IMG/VR virus record: IMGVR_UViG_3300017917_000715
Location: 7,169 to 71,168 of that record
Strand: one strand, 5' to 3'
Length of the DNA: 64,000 nt
Source of the DNA: a virus
A program made the translations under genes and the position numbers. The notes under the pieces are model-generated. The model had not been told where the DNA came from. It saw only the letters and a program-made list of their open reading frames with translations, and ran no database searches. The number at the start of each line of letters is the position of its first letter. The stretch's first letter is position 1. Shown here in pieces: positions 9,172 to 18,543 of the stretch.

Positions 9172-10009
9172 GTTGTTCCTCATCTATAACTCTAATCAAA
9201 CTAGATTTATTCATTACATGTACATCTATACCATTTGTTTTTGCTGCAATATATTCGCCTAAGTGATCTTTTTTCTCAACTAGAAAGTTCATTTTCTTTT
9301 CTTTAATGCTTAGTAAAATGTCTCTATCTTGTATGTACGTCATTGTTCCTGGCAATTCAGCAGCAAACTCGCCATTAGTCTTACCGTTCATAATATGAAT
9401 TGCAATGCTAAAAGCAAAATCATTTCTAAATGTAGTTGTTTCAATGCTATACAATACTCTAAAGTATAACCAATTCTCTTTAATATAGGACACTAAATCA
9501 AAGAAGGCTTGTGTTATTGCGTTTTTTTCAAACACAAATACAGTAGCCCAATAGAATGGAATAGAATAAGAATTTATACGTTGGAAAGATTTTGTATCTC
9601 TCCAGCCTGCAACATCAAAACTTTGTTTGTAAATCTGAAAGATCTCGTTTTTACAAAATGCCAATTTTAAAATATCAGAACTAATAATATAGTCACTGTC
9701 AAGGACTAATGTTTTATCGTATGGTGTTAAATCGTAAGCAAGATTTCTTGTTACATTTTTCCATTCAAACTTTTTTGAACTTAATGAACCGTCATAAAAT
9801 ATTTTTTGTGTTGAAGGGCCAACTGATGTTGTTATGACTTGATCAAACGGGTGATTAGGATATGTTTTTACTAACCAGTCAACATCATCTGTGACTAAAC
9901 TTACTGGAATATTTAAATGTTCTTTAACACGACTAGCAGCAAATACTGCTAACTTAACATAATCAATTCCAGGATTATTATGAGCAAATATTAATGCGCC
10001 TGTGCTCAT
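9164..10009 (-). CDS. GT8-like glycosyltransferase
   Basis: TPYDKTLVLDSD DxD motif, FRNDFAFSIA, HVMNK; paralogue of the downstream gene. Confidence 0.75.
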   Translation of the reverse strand: MSTGALIFAHNNPGIDYVKLAVFAASRVKEHLNIPVSLVTDDVDWLVKTYPNHPFDQVITTSVGPSTQKIFYDGSLSSKKFEWKNVTRNLAYDLTPYDKTLVLDSDYIISSDILKLAFCKNEIFQIYKQSFDVAGWRDTKSFQRINSYSIPFYWATVFVFEKNAITQAFFDLVSYIKENWLYFRVLYSIETTTFRNDFAFSIAIHIMNGKTNGEFAAELPGTMTYIQDRDILLSIKEKKMNFLVEKKDHLGEYIAAKTNGIDVHVMNKSSLIRVIDEEQHV

Positions 10010-10356
10010 AACTCAACTATGTCGCTAATTTTTCTTTTTGATTTTATTTCAGCAAACTTAGCAGCATAATCATTAACTGCCTGCATATAGTTTAATAAAA
10101 TGGTATCAAAAAACTTTTGTACATCGTATATTAGAACAGGAAAGTTGTTTGCGTCAACAAATGGAACATCTTCTTCATATCCCATATCTAATAAAGACTT
10201 TGTAAAAGAAATTAGCTCAGGACTGATTTTAAACGTACCACCGTTTTCGTAGTATACTAATTTTTGATTAAATTCTTCTAATATAATTCTGCGCTGATTT
10301 GACAACGTAGCCATATAATTGGCTACAGCAAATGCTTTTTCAATTCTTTCGTCCAT
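10006..10356 (-). CDS. hypothetical protein, first gene of the GT operon (start MDERIE)
   Basis: GGAG RBS at 10364-10367 (minus strand) precedes ATG 10356. Confidence 0.72.
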   Translation of the reverse strand: MDERIEKAFAVANYMATLSNQRRIILEEFNQKLVYYENGGTFKISPELISFTKSLLDMGYEEDVPFVDANNFPVLIYDVQKFFDTILLNYMQAVNDYAAKFAEIKSKRKISDIVEL

Positions 10357-10376
10357 AAGATAACTCCGTAGCATAC

Positions 10377-10405
10377 ATAATACACTACAGTAATTATCTT
10401 GTCAA
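10377..10405 (-). promoter_or_regulatory. sigma70-type promoter for the glycosyltransferase operon
   Basis: Minus strand TTGACA (10405-10400), 17 bp spacer, TATTAT (10382-10377). Confidence 0.78.
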
Positions 10406-10424
10406 GCTATGTGGTGAAAAATTA

Positions 10425-11336
10425 TTAAACGATTGCCGTAGTTGAAGCACTAGGAATCGGAACTGTTACATTAGAACCAGTTGCTCTGTAACATTGAACT
10501 GTACTAGTTAATGTACCATCAACGTTTTCATCGATACCAAATCCTGGATCTGGATAACTTGGAGGTGCTAAAGATGCATCATCAAAATGGATTGTAAAAG
10601 TTGCAATGCGTCTATCTGTCGTGCTGTTAACACGAGCATAAATGTAGAATTTATTTTGAGAATATGCACCTGCTGGGGCATCTTTTTCAAAAATAAGGTT
10701 ATCAGATGTTGTTAAATCATACCAGCCAATTGTAGAAGTTGTTCCTGTACCTGTACATGATGTGTTTGTATAGTTAAACACAATAGTACCCATGTTAGTT
10801 AACATAGTTGTCCAGGTTGTATTTTTAAGACCGGCTGTTCCACCGCTACGATCAGCACTAAATTCAAATTGGCCGCCGCTATTAAAGAAGTAACGTGCAT
10901 CATCTGAAGAACTGAATGTTACTACGACTGTTTGTTTAATAACACCGTTCCATGCTGTGTTTCTAATTTGCTGTGAAACTAAGTCTGCTCGTGTTGCTTG
11001 GCTAGCTGGAGGCGGTACTGTTAGTGCATTTGATTCTGCATCAGTTGCAACTAATAAATATTTTGCTCTATCTGCTTCTGAAATTTTAACACTAGCAGTA
11101 GGAGTTGTTAATTCTGTTGATAAATCTGTACCTGTTTGATGCTGGCGAGCACGTAAAATATCATTACGTAAATTTGCCCATTGAGTTGTTGTAATTTTAG
11201 CGTTAGCGGCTACTTGATTGCTGGATACGCTTTGTCCGTAACCTGTTGTTCCAGAACCAGATCCTAAAACAAGAGCGATCTTAGATTGAATTGCATTGTA
11301 ATCACTTGCTATAATTAGTGTATTTTGTCCAGCCAT
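10425..11336 (-). CDS. virion structural protein, tail-fibre associated
   Basis: Thr/Ser/Gly-rich, last gene of the tail operon, preceded by a late-promoter motif and AAGGA RBS. Confidence 0.65.
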   Translation of the reverse strand: MAGQNTLIIASDYNAIQSKIALVLGSGSGTTGYGQSVSSNQVAANAKITTTQWANLRNDILRARQHQTGTDLSTELTTPTASVKISEADRAKYLLVATDAESNALTVPPPASQATRADLVSQQIRNTAWNGVIKQTVVVTFSSSDDARYFFNSGGQFEFSADRSGGTAGLKNTTWTTMLTNMGTIVFNYTNTSCTGTGTTSTIGWYDLTTSDNLIFEKDAPAGAYSQNKFYIYARVNSTTDRRIATFTIHFDDASLAPPSYPDPGFGIDENVDGTLTSTVQCYRATGSNVTVPIPSASTTAIV

Positions 11337-11360
11337 CTTATATCCTTAATGTGCGTGTAT

Positions 11361-11368
11361 TATTTATC
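11361..11368 (-). promoter_or_regulatory. T4-type late promoter (GATAAATA)
   Basis: Variant of the gp55-dependent TATAAATA box in a short intergenic gap upstream of 11336. Confidence 0.65.
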
Positions 11369-11370
11369 GA

Positions 11371-12888
11371 TTACAAAACTAAGCACTCTACTAGTTTGAC
11401 ACCTGTATCGTCATTAGATTCTAATGCAATGGCAAAAACACCGCTTGAATGAGGAACGCCAACAACTGCACACCCATTATCTGAAGCAATTAACTCGTCA
11501 CCTTTCTTAACACTTCCAGTAACTTTCATTGGAATACGACCTTTTAGAGCAACTATTGTGCCACCTTCTAAATCTTTATTCATTAAGTAAGCAGGATTTG
11601 CTGATACTGCGCCAATTGCACGTTTACCCCACTTGCTCGCAGTAACTTCTTTTTCTCCACCTACCATTAAAACTGTGCCAACTTCGTACTCTGCATCTGC
11701 AAGATACATTTCTGCTAGGTCGGCGTAGTTTGCTGCTGTAGCCGTACCAACAAAATATGTTGCTTTAAGTGCGCCAGCTGTAATGTTTACGCCATTTAGT
11801 ACTTCAGGTGCTGATGTTCTAAGGGCGATTGTGCCAGATGTTGCTGCGTTACTAGCTGTTCTATAATCATCTTGTGCAACATATAGAGAATCTGCTCTAG
11901 TAGCAGTACCAGAAAATGTTACTGCATTGATAGTTTTAAATCTTAATGCACCAGAACCAATATCTGTTTGGTTATCTGCGCCAGGTAAAATGTTTGCGCC
12001 AACTAACTGTAACGGAGTTCTTGTTGCTTGCCCTACAGTAGTTTGGAACTGAATTGTGTCGTTTAACTGATTTTGAATAACAGGAACTGTTGTTACGCCA
12101 GATGTATTGTTATAAACACGCAATCTTGGAGTATCGCCAACTGTAAAACCAGCGTCTGAAAACTGTACAATCTGGTTAAATGTTGCGCTACCTTTTTGTA
12201 CAAAGTTAGCAGCTTCTACACCGCCTAATCTATCAGCATCTGATGCTGTTCCCCAGTATCTGTGATTGCCGTTTGATGTTCTGCCAGGTGTATTATCATT
12301 GTTTGTATATGCTAATGTAACACCTTGATGTATCTTTGAGAAGCCATTAATTGCACTAGTATTTGGATCTAGTACGTATTCTGGATCTGTACTAATAATA
12401 AAAATTGTATCGCCATCAACAATAGCTTCAATAATAGCATGTGTACCGTTATAAGTATCTTTAACACTTCTACTACGCATCTGTGTAGTACCTTGGCCGG
12501 CAACACCCTGTGGGCCAACTAAAATGTAAGTTGATCCGTCCCAAGTATATAACTGTTTGTTAATAGTATCCCACCAAAAATCACCAACTGTTAATCCAGT
12601 AGGAGCATTTGCACTAATTTCTGCGCCGCCAGTTGTACGGAATTTTGCGCCATCATAAAATTTTAACTTAGCGTTTCCGCTATCATACCAAAGTTGTCCT
12701 GGTAAAGGCTTTGGTGGCTGGGTTGTATTAGCAAAATTTTCTAATAAAAATAGAAAGTTTTCGTTTTGAACTTCACCGTAGCCAGCGTAATTCTTACCGA
12801 TAAATTTTAAATCAGTAGTACTATCAATGGTACCATCAGCGACTGTTGCTACTACGGCTCCGTTGTATTTGTTAATGGTATATGGCAT
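11371..12888 (-). CDS. tail fibre protein with C-terminal intramolecular chaperone/autocleavage-like domain
   Basis: Shared N-terminal GKNYAGYGE...ENF...LLENFA...GQLWYD module; C-terminal YADLAEMY...YEVGTV...VALKGRIP. Confidence 0.72.
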   Translation of the reverse strand: MPYTINKYNGAVVATVADGTIDSTTDLKFIGKNYAGYGEVQNENFLFLLENFANTTQPPKPLPGQLWYDSGNAKLKFYDGAKFRTTGGAEISANAPTGLTVGDFWWDTINKQLYTWDGSTYILVGPQGVAGQGTTQMRSRSVKDTYNGTHAIIEAIVDGDTIFIISTDPEYVLDPNTSAINGFSKIHQGVTLAYTNNDNTPGRTSNGNHRYWGTASDADRLGGVEAANFVQKGSATFNQIVQFSDAGFTVGDTPRLRVYNNTSGVTTVPVIQNQLNDTIQFQTTVGQATRTPLQLVGANILPGADNQTDIGSGALRFKTINAVTFSGTATRADSLYVAQDDYRTASNAATSGTIALRTSAPEVLNGVNITAGALKATYFVGTATAANYADLAEMYLADAEYEVGTVLMVGGEKEVTASKWGKRAIGAVSANPAYLMNKDLEGGTIVALKGRIPMKVTGSVKKGDELIASDNGCAVVGVPHSSGVFAIALESNDDTGVKLVECLVL

Positions 12889-12911
12889 TTTCCGTTATTC
12901 CTTATTCCTAG

Positions 12912-12919
12912 TATTTATG
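12912..12919 (-). promoter_or_regulatory. T4-type late promoter (CATAAATA)
   Basis: Motif in the intergenic gap upstream of 12888. Confidence 0.6.
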
Positions 12920-12945
12920 CTATTTTGGCTAGTTAATATATGCTG

Positions 12946-14628
12946 TTATAGATCCGATTGATACGTCCAAACGCTGCTGACTAACTTGTAATATTTGCCT
13001 ACGTCAATATCTAAACACCAAACACGCAATTCAGTGTTTTCATCAAATAGTGCCGGCGGAAAAATCTTAGATAGTACGTTAATTGCAAGTTGTTGCTCGG
13101 ATTGTGCTCCAATATTTACGCTAATGCTTTGAGGCACAGTCCTTGTAGCAAAAGAAAGCGTACTTAAATTTACTGCATCCGATAAATCAACAGGATCTGC
13201 AAGGCTAGAAATTCTAGATGATGTTACATCAACTGTACCCCTAGTAATTCCAGTACCTTTTGGATTTAATGTAATTGTTCCTGTACCAATACTAGGATTT
13301 AAAAAGCTAATAGTGCTGTCAATAAAGTATAAATTTTTAACTTGTAAATCGTTTAGTGTTCCAATTGACGATAATCCTGGGGCACTATTAACAGTATATC
13401 CTAACTGCGATTGACTTAATACTTCATAGTTTGCAATTTTAAAAACTTTACCGCCAACTAAATTAATATTTTCACTTGAATCCCAAGCTTCTGAAGTAGA
13501 GCTCCATGTTAGAGTTTTGTCTCCACCGGGCCCGGCAACTAGTTTGATACCGCCACCGTTTGCTGTACTATTTGTAGGTGTAGCAACTTTTCCTAATTCA
13601 ATTAATAAATCTTCAATTGCTAAATTAGTAGTGTTAATTGTTGTAGTAGCGCCTTCAACTAACAAATCACCCCTAATTCTTGCATCACCGTTAACATCTA
13701 ACGTGTGAGTTGGAGTGTCTGTGTAAATTCCTACTAGCTGATTAGCTGCAGCAACGTGTATACTTGGCAACAATCCTGAACCGTTAAAACTATTAACTTG
13801 AAAATTTTGATTAATTATGTTTGAATTAATCGAAAATGTTGAATTTTGTATTTTAATTTCGTTGTTTTGGTTTGCACCAATAATTAATGCTTGATTATTT
13901 AAAATTCTAATTTGTCCGTTTGCGACAGTATAACCATCTGCTGGACTAACTTGTAAGAATGATTCTGCTGTTTTAGACGATCCGTCAGCAGCAATAATAG
14001 AATCTGCTTGACTTGCTGGTACATTAAACTTAATTGAAGCGTTTGGTGTAACTGTAAATCCTTTCTTTACAGTTCCTGACCATGCACTTGAAATGTCGCT
14101 ATCATTTAAAGGAGTAAATTCAGCATTACTAAAAACTCCCATCGGAACTTGTCCAACATATAAAACTAGAATAGTACGTTGAATATTGTTAGTATCAAGT
14201 AAATCTAAACTTTGAAAACCTGATATACCTTGCTGGTATGTATATAGAGGGCCAGCTAAAATTGTTTGCGATCCGTCATTAAAATATAATTGTTTTCTAT
14301 AACTGTCAATCCAAATATCACCCTGGGCAATGCTACTAGGAACTGTAGATGCTACAATAGTACCGCCACTAACTTTAAAACCAGTACCATCGTAAACTTT
14401 TAATCTACCTTCTGTAGTATCGTACCATAATTGGCCTTCGATAGGCTTGTTTGGTTGTGTTGTGCTGGCAAAATTTTCTAAGAGCTTAATAAAATTTTCG
14501 TTGAATAGCTCTCCATACGAAGATGCGTTTTTGCCAATTAATGTTATATCTGTTGATATCTGATCAATTGATCCGTCAACTATTTCTGTTAATACAGATC
14601 CGTCAGTTTTATTAATAATATAGCTCAT
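12946..14628 (-). CDS. tail fibre/baseplate structural protein
   Basis: Same N-terminal module as both neighbours (GKNASSYGE...LLENFA...GQLWYD); fibre-type motif LVGIYTDTPTHTLDVNG. Confidence 0.72.
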   Translation of the reverse strand: MSYIINKTDGSVLTEIVDGSIDQISTDITLIGKNASSYGELFNENFIKLLENFASTTQPNKPIEGQLWYDTTEGRLKVYDGTGFKVSGGTIVASTVPSSIAQGDIWIDSYRKQLYFNDGSQTILAGPLYTYQQGISGFQSLDLLDTNNIQRTILVLYVGQVPMGVFSNAEFTPLNDSDISSAWSGTVKKGFTVTPNASIKFNVPASQADSIIAADGSSKTAESFLQVSPADGYTVANGQIRILNNQALIIGANQNNEIKIQNSTFSINSNIINQNFQVNSFNGSGLLPSIHVAAANQLVGIYTDTPTHTLDVNGDARIRGDLLVEGATTTINTTNLAIEDLLIELGKVATPTNSTANGGGIKLVAGPGGDKTLTWSSTSEAWDSSENINLVGGKVFKIANYEVLSQSQLGYTVNSAPGLSSIGTLNDLQVKNLYFIDSTISFLNPSIGTGTITLNPKGTGITRGTVDVTSSRISSLADPVDLSDAVNLSTLSFATRTVPQSISVNIGAQSEQQLAINVLSKIFPPALFDENTELRVWCLDIDVGKYYKLVSSVWTYQSDL

Positions 14629-16781
14629 TAGATTACACCAGTGAAAATTATGTAGTTAACAGTTAAATAAGGATTCATTGCGTTAAACGGCTGTCCTGTG
14701 ACAGGGTTTGCTATAGAACCGCTATTTCTTAAACCAGATCCAGTACTTGAAGCCGGCATACCTAAATTAGGTTCAGCGCCTGGGTCGGATCCTGCTCCAG
14801 GAAGACCAGCGGCATAGTACTGAGCAAAACCGCTGTTTAAATTATGTTTGTGATCAGGTAAATTATCAACTGATAATGTTCTATACTCGCCCGACGATGT
14901 ACCGGCTCCTAATGTGTCAGCGACAACATCTGTAACTCTATTAGCACTTCCGCCGCCTGCAGGTACTTGAATTCTTGGATCAACTTTGTCCGGAACCGTA
15001 TTAGTATTATCCATATTGTCTCGGCCTAAACCAAAACGTCCCCTCATGTCAGGAAGTGCAAATGTTGATTTTCCAATAAGCTCAGACGGTGGTTTGTAAA
15101 TATATCCAATTACACTGAATAAGTCTGGATAATCGCCAATGGGTAGTTCAGAACCGTCGCAGAACAAATAACCAGTTGGCGGTGTTGGGCCAGCATATGG
15201 GAAGAACACACCAATAGGTACTGTAGGAATATTTGAAATAAATGCTTGTTTAGTTATTGATTTTAAACTGCCTGCACGACTAATTAACAATTTATCTGAA
15301 CTAAGAGAATCAGTTGCAGGAGTTTTTTGATCTATAATATCGGCCGTTGCTGATATTTTAAAAATTTGATATCCGTTAAGAGCGTAATCAGTAGTTTGAG
15401 GCAACTGCCCATCAAATACTACATCATCAATACTAGATACATCACCTCGAATACGGAATCTTGTTGGACTTGCTAATTTAACAGACGATCCTGTAATATT
15501 TCCAGATAACGAACCAGTAAATGCTCCGTTAAAATTTCCAACAAAGTTTTGAGCATATATATTTCTAAACTTTCTTGTACTTGAACCAATGTCATACAAC
15601 TCTGTAGCATCATCGCTTGCAGGTTGAATTACTGTACCAGCAGTTGGGTCTCCGTTAGTGTCTAAATTATTAAAATGTATTCCGCCATTAACACTAATGT
15701 CTCCACCAAATTGTGATTGCTTTTGAACACTCAAACCACCATTTGTACTAATACTACCAATGCCTAATGCTGTTGCATCAGTTGTTCCTAAGATATTTAA
15801 ATTGCCGTCTGCAGAAATAGTTCCGGCAACATCAAGAGCAGTTAACGGGTTTGAATTGTTTGGCCCGATGCCAACATAACCATTAGGATCAATATGAATT
15901 GCTGTAACAGGAGCTCCGCCTGTTGTTGTCATCTTAAACTCAACGTAACTTCCGCTAGTTTTGTTATATAAAATTGTTGAATTAGTATCTGTTGATATTG
16001 TAAAACTTCTATCAGTACCTACAGTAAGGCCACCGTTGTTAAGAATATAAACAGGATAATTTGTAGTACTTGCTTGATCGCTTCTTAAAAAGTTACTAGC
16101 AAGAATTTTAGATCCGTTTACGTTTAATGCATCAGCTGAGCTAGCAGTACCCCAAAACTTTGTAGGTGCTGTTGAGCTTGTAGCGTCAACTGTGCTTAAA
16201 GTAATACCTTGATTAATATTTGCAAATCCAAGAATTGCGGTCTTAGGTGTAAATGCTGACTTGCTAACTATTGCAATACGATTATTTTCTGAATATAGCG
16301 TAACTACGTTATGATCAATATTTGCAATGTCTGTAATTGTTTCAACATCAGGGCCTGTTTTTAATCCAGAGCTAAACTGCGGACCAATTAATAACCAGTT
16401 GCTTCCAGAATAAACATAAAGCTGTTGGTTCTTTGTATCAACCCATAAGTCACCTAATATACTGTTTGCAACTAATGGGGCACTAATTGATTTTTTAACT
16501 GAGCCAGCAGCTGTCCAACCGGTGCCATCATAAACTTTTAATAAGTTAACACCTGCACTATTGTCGTACCATAACTGTCCCTGAACTGGGTTGCTTGGCG
16601 CAGTATTACTAGCAAAATTTTCTAGTATGTGTAAAAAGTTTTCAGCAAATACTGGACCGTATCCCGAATAATTTTTACCTGGAAATACTAAACTTGTTTC
16701 CGTATTAAGACTTTGATCTTGTACAGTATACGGAGGCTTAGCAGGATTTGTTGTTTCTGTATGATTAACTTGATAAGCCAT
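14628..16781 (-). CDS. tail fibre protein with tail-collar domain (T4 gp10/gp12-like C-terminus)
   Basis: PIGVFFPYAG..PPTGYLFCDG...YPDLFSVIG...FALPDMRGRF collar motif; terminal NPYLTVNYIIFTG. Confidence 0.82.
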   Translation of the reverse strand: MAYQVNHTETTNPAKPPYTVQDQSLNTETSLVFPGKNYSGYGPVFAENFLHILENFASNTAPSNPVQGQLWYDNSAGVNLLKVYDGTGWTAAGSVKKSISAPLVANSILGDLWVDTKNQQLYVYSGSNWLLIGPQFSSGLKTGPDVETITDIANIDHNVVTLYSENNRIAIVSKSAFTPKTAILGFANINQGITLSTVDATSSTAPTKFWGTASSADALNVNGSKILASNFLRSDQASTTNYPVYILNNGGLTVGTDRSFTISTDTNSTILYNKTSGSYVEFKMTTTGGAPVTAIHIDPNGYVGIGPNNSNPLTALDVAGTISADGNLNILGTTDATALGIGSISTNGGLSVQKQSQFGGDISVNGGIHFNNLDTNGDPTAGTVIQPASDDATELYDIGSSTRKFRNIYAQNFVGNFNGAFTGSLSGNITGSSVKLASPTRFRIRGDVSSIDDVVFDGQLPQTTDYALNGYQIFKISATADIIDQKTPATDSLSSDKLLISRAGSLKSITKQAFISNIPTVPIGVFFPYAGPTPPTGYLFCDGSELPIGDYPDLFSVIGYIYKPPSELIGKSTFALPDMRGRFGLGRDNMDNTNTVPDKVDPRIQVPAGGGSANRVTDVVADTLGAGTSSGEYRTLSVDNLPDHKHNLNSGFAQYYAAGLPGAGSDPGAEPNLGMPASSTGSGLRNSGSIANPVTGQPFNAMNPYLTVNYIIFTGVI

Positions 16782-16784
16782 TTA

Positions 16785-17393
16785 TTAAACTCCTGCTAAG
16801 CCAGTTAAACTTTGTATGCGAACCGTATAATCAATTTGAATTAAACGATTTAAAGATTTTTGTACAGGGTGAAAAATAACATGAGTCAATAATAAACTAT
16901 TTCCAGATGAGCTGTATGATTTCAATCCAAGTTCATCAAAAATATAAGAACTATTAGAGTTATTTGCGTTGTCAAATGCTTGTTGTCCGCTCGGCTCACC
17001 GTAATCTAATAAACAAGTTACAAATACATCAGTATAATTTGTACCTGTTACATGGCGAGTTTCAATAAAATTACGTGTAGGATCAGTGTTATTACTTGAA
17101 CGATCATCAACAACTTTACTATATGTTGGGTTGTACAAACTAGCATTAGAACCTGAGCTATTTGGCGTTAAGTATGTAATAATACCTGTAGGATCAACAG
17201 CAGTACCACCATTTCCAAACGCCATTTCGTAGATAAAACCTTGTCCTGAATTAGCTAAACTCTGTGCTAAGGCAATACTAATATTTTCGTAGTGGATAGC
17301 ATTACGTTTATTGATGAGCACTTCTCCAGTTTCTGGGTCGTGGATCTTAATGTGTCCTTCGATATGTACGCCTGTTACGTCTTTACTCTGCAT
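16785..17393 (-). CDS. virion structural protein (baseplate/tail fibre associated)
   Basis: Beta-rich, NAIHYEN...MAFGNGG...FDELGL motifs, located in the structural operon behind a late promoter. Confidence 0.65.
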   Translation of the reverse strand: MQSKDVTGVHIEGHIKIHDPETGEVLINKRNAIHYENISIALAQSLANSGQGFIYEMAFGNGGTAVDPTGIITYLTPNSSGSNASLYNPTYSKVVDDRSSNNTDPTRNFIETRHVTGTNYTDVFVTCLLDYGEPSGQQAFDNANNSNSSYIFDELGLKSYSSSGNSLLLTHVIFHPVQKSLNRLIQIDYTVRIQSLTGLAGV

Positions 17394-17413
17394 AGTAATC
17401 TCTCTTTATTCAG

Positions 17414-17421
17414 TATTTATC
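17414..17421 (-). promoter_or_regulatory. T4-type late promoter (GATAAATA)
   Basis: Motif upstream of ATG 17393. Confidence 0.65.
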
Positions 17422-17490
17422 TGTTTTCATTAAGTGCTACTATATCGACAGCACCGCAATTATAATATATTTAGCTGGTCTTAGATCTAC

Positions 17491-17498
17491 TATAAATA
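17491..17498 (+). promoter_or_regulatory. T4-type late promoter (perfect TATAAATA), probably giving a leaderless mRNA
   Basis: Exact T4 late consensus 5 nt before ATG 17504; no Shine-Dalgarno sequence. Confidence 0.7.
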
Positions 17499-17503
17499 TC
17501 TCC

Positions 17504-17956
17504 ATGAGCATACACAGCGATAAGGAATTTTGGACTAATTTAAAGTGGCCTGCGGCTCCTAACGAGGAAGATTATGCTGTATTTAAAAGTTATTGTACAG
17601 GGCATGTATTGCTTTTAGGTAGTACAAAATTGCTTCTCCCGCTGGCCAACGAAGCTTGGGATTTAGAACCTAAATATCCTGATCCCAAGATAAAAAATAA
17701 AGATTGGTTTGAGCTAGATGAGCACTTTGATACTATCATAATAGATGGCGGGTTAGCGTTTGGTAAAGAGTTTACAGAAAGATTGTTGCCTGTAGTTCTA
17801 GCAAATTGCGATACATTCGTTGCCAGAGTGTTTTTAAACCCCAACTGGCCTACAAAATATGCTGTGTACTTCCCCCAAGCACACGAACTAACACCCGAGC
17901 CTAAAGAAATAAAAATTAACGAAGTTTACTCATTTTACATATGGAACAACAAGTAA
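17504..17956 (+). CDS. small class I SAM-methyltransferase-like protein
   Basis: HVLLLGST (motif I-like), WDL and FDTIIIDGG (motif IV-like). Confidence 0.5.
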   Translation: MSIHSDKEFWTNLKWPAAPNEEDYAVFKSYCTGHVLLLGSTKLLLPLANEAWDLEPKYPDPKIKNKDWFELDEHFDTIIIDGGLAFGKEFTERLLPVVLANCDTFVARVFLNPNWPTKYAVYFPQAHELTPEPKEIKINEVYSFYIWNNK

Positions 17957-18543
17957 TATTAGCCATGTATTCTGGAGGTCTAGACAGCCTGGGAATGATT
18001 TATAAATTATTGACAGATCCTGAATATAAAGACTACGGACTACATATACATCACGTACACAATCGTAACGTAGAAAACAGAGATCGTGCCGAAGCCATTG
18101 CTGTAGAACTGGCACTTAAAGAACTAAGACGGTTAGGATTCTCATTTGTCTACAGCGAAAGCGAAATAGCCAGTCACCCTTACGGGCGTAACTTTTTATA
18201 CGACAGCGACACCATGAATTTCTTTGCTGGATATATCTGTCTAGCCAATCCTAACATTGCGAAAGTTGCCATGGGTATGCAGGCTAATGACGGCAACCAC
18301 AGTTTGGAAGAGCGCCGAAAACGTGCTGACAAAATACTTAGAGCATTTACACCTGTGGAAAAGATCTATCCTGTGCTGAACATGACCAAGCGTGAGATCT
18401 ATGACAGTTTGCCAGAGTCAGTGCGCGATATGTTTTGGTCGTGTCGCAAGCCTATCTACTCAGAAAAAAGTATCGCACCTTGTGGACGGTGCGATACTTG
18501 TGTGAAGTTAAAAGAACAAGGTATTAAGGGAGTCCAAACTTAG
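17941..18543 (+). CDS. QueC-like PP-loop ATP pyrophosphatase
   Basis: SGGLDS PP-loop, YPVLNMTKREI and C-terminal Zn site WSCRKP...CGRCDTC. Confidence 0.8.
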   Translation: MEQQVILAMYSGGLDSLGMIYKLLTDPEYKDYGLHIHHVHNRNVENRDRAEAIAVELALKELRRLGFSFVYSESEIASHPYGRNFLYDSDTMNFFAGYICLANPNIAKVAMGMQANDGNHSLEERRKRADKILRAFTPVEKIYPVLNMTKREIYDSLPESVRDMFWSCRKPIYSEKSIAPCGRCDTCVKLKEQGIKGVQT

